Part shown: positions 61,011 through 64,000 of the stretch, one piece after another
Position numbering within the stretch: the first letter of the stretch is position 1
How the letters are laid out: each line of letters begins with the position of its first letter
NCBI GenBank assembly: GCA_965199715.1
Contig: OZ241322.1
Location: 1,920,001-1,984,000, forward strand
Origin: Vicinamibacteria bacterium
GTDB taxonomy: Bacteria > Acidobacteriota > Vicinamibacteria > Marinacidobacterales > Marinacidobacteraceae
Direction: 5' to 3'
Length of the DNA: 64,000 nt
Program-made: the position numbers and the translations under genes
Notes under the pieces: generated by a model
The model's database searches: none
Seen by the model: only the letters and a program-made list of their open reading frames with translations
Told to the model about the DNA's origin: nothing

Positions 61011-62012
61011 CTAGAGGCGCGTCAGCTCGTCCGCCTCGAACTCGGGGAGCTCCCGCCGGACCGATCCCCGCACGAGCGTGACGCCCTGCTCGGGCCGGGT
61101 GAACCGCCCGATCACCTGCGCCGGGACCTCGGCCTTCGCGAGCCCGTCGAGCAGCGCGCTCGCTCCGTCCTCGGCGCACGCGATCAGCAGCGCTCCCGAC
61201 CCGAGCGCGCCGAGGAGGTCGAGCCCGAAGCGCTTCAGGAGCCGTTTCGACTCGTAGTACCGGGGAATCTCGGCGTCGGCGACGACGCAGCCGACCCCCG
61301 ACGCCCCCGCCATCTCGCGGATCGCCGTGGCGACGCCGCCCTCGGTCACGTCGTGCATCGCATGCACTTCCGCAATCCCCGCCGCCGCCCGCGCGTCGGC
61401 GAGCACCGAGATCCCGGGGTCCTCGGCGAACCGCTCGCAGCGCCGGGCGAAGTCCGCTCCGAACTCTCGCTCGACCTCCTCCCGCCGCGCCGCGGCCACG
61501 ACCGCCGTGGCCTCGATCGCGATCCCCCGGGTGATGACGAGCAGGTCTCCCGACTGCGCGCCGCCGGTCGGCTTGATCCGCTCCGGAGTCGCGATCCCGA
61601 CCATGGCTCCCGCGACCACCGGCCGCGCGACCGCTCCCGTGATCTCGGTGTGCCCGGTCGCCGGAACCGCGCCGACCTCCCGGCAGCCCTCGGCGATTCC
61701 GTCGGCGATCCCGGCGAGCTCCTCCTCCGCGGTCCCCGGCGGAACGAGCACCGTGGAGAGGAACCAGCGCGGCTCGGCCCCGGTGGCGGCCACGTCGTTC
61801 GCGTTCACGATGACCGAATGCCAGCCCGGCCGCCGGGTCGGGAAGGTGACCGGATCGGCGGCGAGAACGAGCCGCGCGGTCCGGTCGCCGCGCGTCACCG
61901 CCGCGTCCTCTCCCGCGCCGGGACCGACCAGAAGATCCGGGTCGGACGCCCCGAGCCGCGCGAGCAAGGCGGCCAGGACGGCGGGAGGCGGCTTGCCCTC
62001 GGGCAGATCCAC
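61011..62012 (-). CDS. AIR synthase-related (PurM/HypE-like) protein
   Basis: GPGAGEDAA, DPVTF, VNANDVAATGA, GHTE, AMHDVTEGG, GSGALLI. Confidence 0.85.
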   Translation of the reverse strand: MDLPEGKPPPAVLAALLARLGASDPDLLVGPGAGEDAAVTRGDRTARLVLAADPVTFPTRRPGWHSVIVNANDVAATGAEPRWFLSTVLVPPGTAEEELAGIADGIAEGCREVGAVPATGHTEITGAVARPVVAGAMVGIATPERIKPTGGAQSGDLLVITRGIAIEATAVVAAARREEVEREFGADFARRCERFAEDPGISVLADARAAAGIAEVHAMHDVTEGGVATAIREMAGASGVGCVVADAEIPRYYESKRLLKRFGLDLLGALGSGALLIACAEDGASALLDGLAKAEVPAQVIGRFTRPEQGVTLVRGSVRRELPEFEADELTRL

Positions 62013-62069
62013 GCCCCAATGCTACGGCCGCGTGAGTACACTCCGGCGCGTCGTGGCCCCCCTGCCGTC

Positions 62070-63443
62070 ATGCGAGTCGTAGTCCTCGGCGCGGGACAGA
62101 TGGGCGGACACCTGCTCCGCCAGTTGAGCCGGCTGCCGGAACAGCCCGACGTGACGCTCATCGAGCGCCATGGGGACACGGCCGAGGCGCTGGGCCGCAA
62201 GTTCGACATCGGCGTGGTCGGGGCGGACGCCTCGGTCCCCGCGGTGCTCGAGACCCACGCCCGCGACGCCGACGTGCTGTTCGCGCTCACGAACGACGAC
62301 GCGGCGAACATCGTCGCCGCGCTGACCGCGACCCATCCGGCCATCGGCGTCCGCCGCGCCGTGGTGCGGATCAGCGACCCCCGCCATCGGGACGGCCCGC
62401 TGCTCCGCGACGCCCCCAACATCGAGACCATCCTTCCCGAGGCGCTCATCGCCGAGGAGATCCTCGGGCTCATCCGGTTTCCCGGAACCCGGTCGGTCCG
62501 ATCGCTCGGCGACGGCGGCCTCGTGCTGCTGCGCGCCCGCCCCGCCCGCGAGTCGGTCTTCGGCCGCCCGCTCGCCGAGATCGACACCGCGCCCCGCGGC
62601 TGGATCCTCACCGGGATCCTGCGCCCGAACCGCTCCGCTCCCGAGCCGGACCTCATCATTCCGAGGGGCTCGACGCGCCTTCGCGAGGGCGACGAGGTGT
62701 TCGCCGTGGGACCCGAGGCCGAGGCCGACAACTTTCTCCACGCGATCGGCCTGCGCCACGAGCGGGTGCGACGGGTGATCGTGGCCGGCTACGGCCAAGT
62801 GGGTTCCCAGCTCCTCGAGCGGCTCCCGGCGAAAATCGACGTCACCGTCATCCGCCGGACCGCCGGGGCCGCCGACGTCCCCGGCCACGCGGTGACCATC
62901 CGCGGCGACGCCACCGACGAGGACATCCTCCGCGAGGCCGGCGCGGCGCGGGCGGACTGCTTCATCGCCCTCACCGGCGCGGACGAGGTCAACTTCATGG
63001 CCGCGTGGCTCGCGAAGAAGTCCGGCGCCAGCGCGACCATCGCGCTCCACAACCGCATCGTCTTCCAGACCCCGATGCTCCGCTCGGGGGTGGACTACCC
63101 GATCTGCCCGGCCAGCGTGGTGGTCGGCTCGCTCCTGAAGCCGCTGCACTCGCGGGCCATGATCCGGCTCGACTGGATCGACGGCGGCGGGGAGATCGTC
63201 GAGATCCAGGTGGTCGAGGGCGCCCCGGCGACCCGTGCGCCGCTGCAGGATCTGGACCTCCCCCGCGATTCGATCGTGGGCGAGCTGGTCCGGCCCGGCG
63301 TCGGAACGTTCGTTCCCGGCGGCTCGACCCGCTTCGAGGCGGGGGACATCGCCCTCGTCTTCTTCGCGATGCGCGGCGAACCGGGATCCCCGTTGAACGA
63401 GGCCGTGATCCTCGAGCTGGAGCGCCTGTTCGCCGGCGCCTGA
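62070..63443 (+). CDS. trkA: Trk potassium uptake NAD-binding subunit
   Basis: Two RCK_N/RCK_C repeats: VVLGAGQMG and [19 protein letters not shown]; 457 aa. Confidence 0.9.
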   Translation: MRVVVLGAGQMGGHLLRQLSRLPEQPDVTLIERHGDTAEALGRKFDIGVVGADASVPAVLETHARDADVLFALTNDDAANIVAALTATHPAIGVRRAVVRISDPRHRDGPLLRDAPNIETILPEALIAEEILGLIRFPGTRSVRSLGDGGLVLLRARPARESVFGRPLAEIDTAPRGWILTGILRPNRSAPEPDLIIPRGSTRLREGDEVFAVGPEAEADNFLHAIGLRHERVRRVIVAGYGQVGSQLLERLPAKIDVTVIRRTAGAADVPGHAVTIRGDATDEDILREAGAARADCFIALTGADEVNFMAAWLAKKSGASATIALHNRIVFQTPMLRSGVDYPICPASVVVGSLLKPLHSRAMIRLDWIDGGGEIVEIQVVEGAPATRAPLQDLDLPRDSIVGELVRPGVGTFVPGGSTRFEAGDIALVFFAMRGEPGSPLNEAVILELERLFAGA

Positions 63444-63446
63444 AGC

Positions 63447-64000
63447 GTGCGCTCCCGCGACGTCCTCGCGCTGCTCGGGCGGCTCGCCGGGGCGCTCGGC
63501 CTCGCGATGACGCCCTCGCTCGCGCTCGCGCTCGCGCTCGGCGAGTCGGCGTGGCCCGCCTTCGCGTTGTCGTCCGCGAGCCTCCTGCTCGTCGGCGTGC
63601 TGAGCTGGCGCGCGTCGCTCGACCGGGCCGGGCTCGAGGTCCAGCGGGAGGGGGTCGCCGCGTTCCGCTTCGTGGTGGCCGCGTGGTGCCTCGCCACGTT
63701 CGCCGGGGCGCTGCCCTACGTCCTCCACTTCGGGGTCGGCTTCTGGGTGGACGGCGTCTTCGAGTCGGCGTCCGGCTTCTCCACGACCGGCGCCAGCATC
63801 TTCGCCGACGTGGAGTCGCTGCCCCGCTCCGTCCTCCTCTGGCGGGCGCTCACCCAGTGGCTCGGCGGGCTCGGCGTGGTGATCCTCTTCGTCTGGATCC
63901 TCGGCGCCCGGCAGTGGGGCGTGGAGGTGCTCTCGGCGGAAGCGCCCGGCCCGACCCCCGAAAAGACCGAGCCCCGGCTCACCGAGACCGCCCGCGACAT
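63447..64000 (+). CDS. trkH: Trk potassium uptake membrane subunit (3'-truncated by window edge)
   Basis: [39 protein letters not shown]. Confidence 0.92.
   Translation, partial: MRSRDVLALLGRLAGALGLAMTPSLALALALGESAWPAFALSSASLLLVGVLSWRASLDRAGLEVQREGVAAFRFVVAAWCLATFAGALPYVLHFGVGFWVDGVFESASGFSTTGASIFADVESLPRSVLLWRALTQWLGGLGVVILFVWILGARQWGVEVLSAEAPGPTPEKTEPRLTETARD

Noticed and set aside
61011-62012. PurM-fold gene considered as selD, given the selenoprotein
   Set aside because: It lacks the N-terminal Cys/Sec-x-x-Lys motif of selenophosphate synthetase and fits the generic AIR-synthase/HypE-like family.
7102-63728. Many long ORFs antisense or frame-shifted to the called genes (e.g. 7102-8823, 16866-19358, 49180-51771, 51396-54038, 62022-63728)
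   Set aside because: Shadow ORFs expected in high-GC DNA: R/G/A/P-rich, no family motifs, and they overlap well-supported genes.
1-64000. CRISPR arrays, tRNA and rRNA genes
   Set aside because: No regularly spaced repeats or structural RNA signatures were noticed by eye. Short repeats such as CTCGCG (63527-63540) and GAGCCC runs simply encode LALA/EPEP peptides.

Overview
High-GC bacterial DNA, most likely from an Acidobacterium. This is inferred from three acidobacterial-type VWA paralogues, a GWxTD protein, an Oar-like TonB-dependent receptor and a duplicated orphan ABC permease. The first ~9.5 kb is a visibly more A/T-rich, decaying defence-type island. It holds a SNF2 helicase, then IS256 and IS3 relics, then a translationally coupled ParB-like protein, B12-type radical SAM enzyme and GHKL/HSP90-like ATPase. 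Pseudogenes of an AAA ATPase and a DUF1828/1829 protein follow. The SNF2-ParB-radical SAM-GHKL module is the best candidate for an undescribed system, possibly radical-SAM DNA modification coupled to anti-phage defence. A second small accessory patch (~19.8-24.9 kb) carries an ankyrin protein, a full-length IS5 and an orphan permease. The rest is compact core-like genome: ggt-like, CCA enzyme, mnmA, a metX/metY/msrB/MoaD sulfur cluster, a MoxR operon, gltX, tkt and trkAH. Reading beyond the ORF track reveals a probable UGA-recoded ArsC-like selenoprotein with a SECIS-like hairpin, a 59-aa membrane gene, a frameshifted TonB receptor and many apparent leaderless promoters. No rRNA, tRNA or CRISPR array was seen. 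All family calls come from motif recognition by eye, not database searches.
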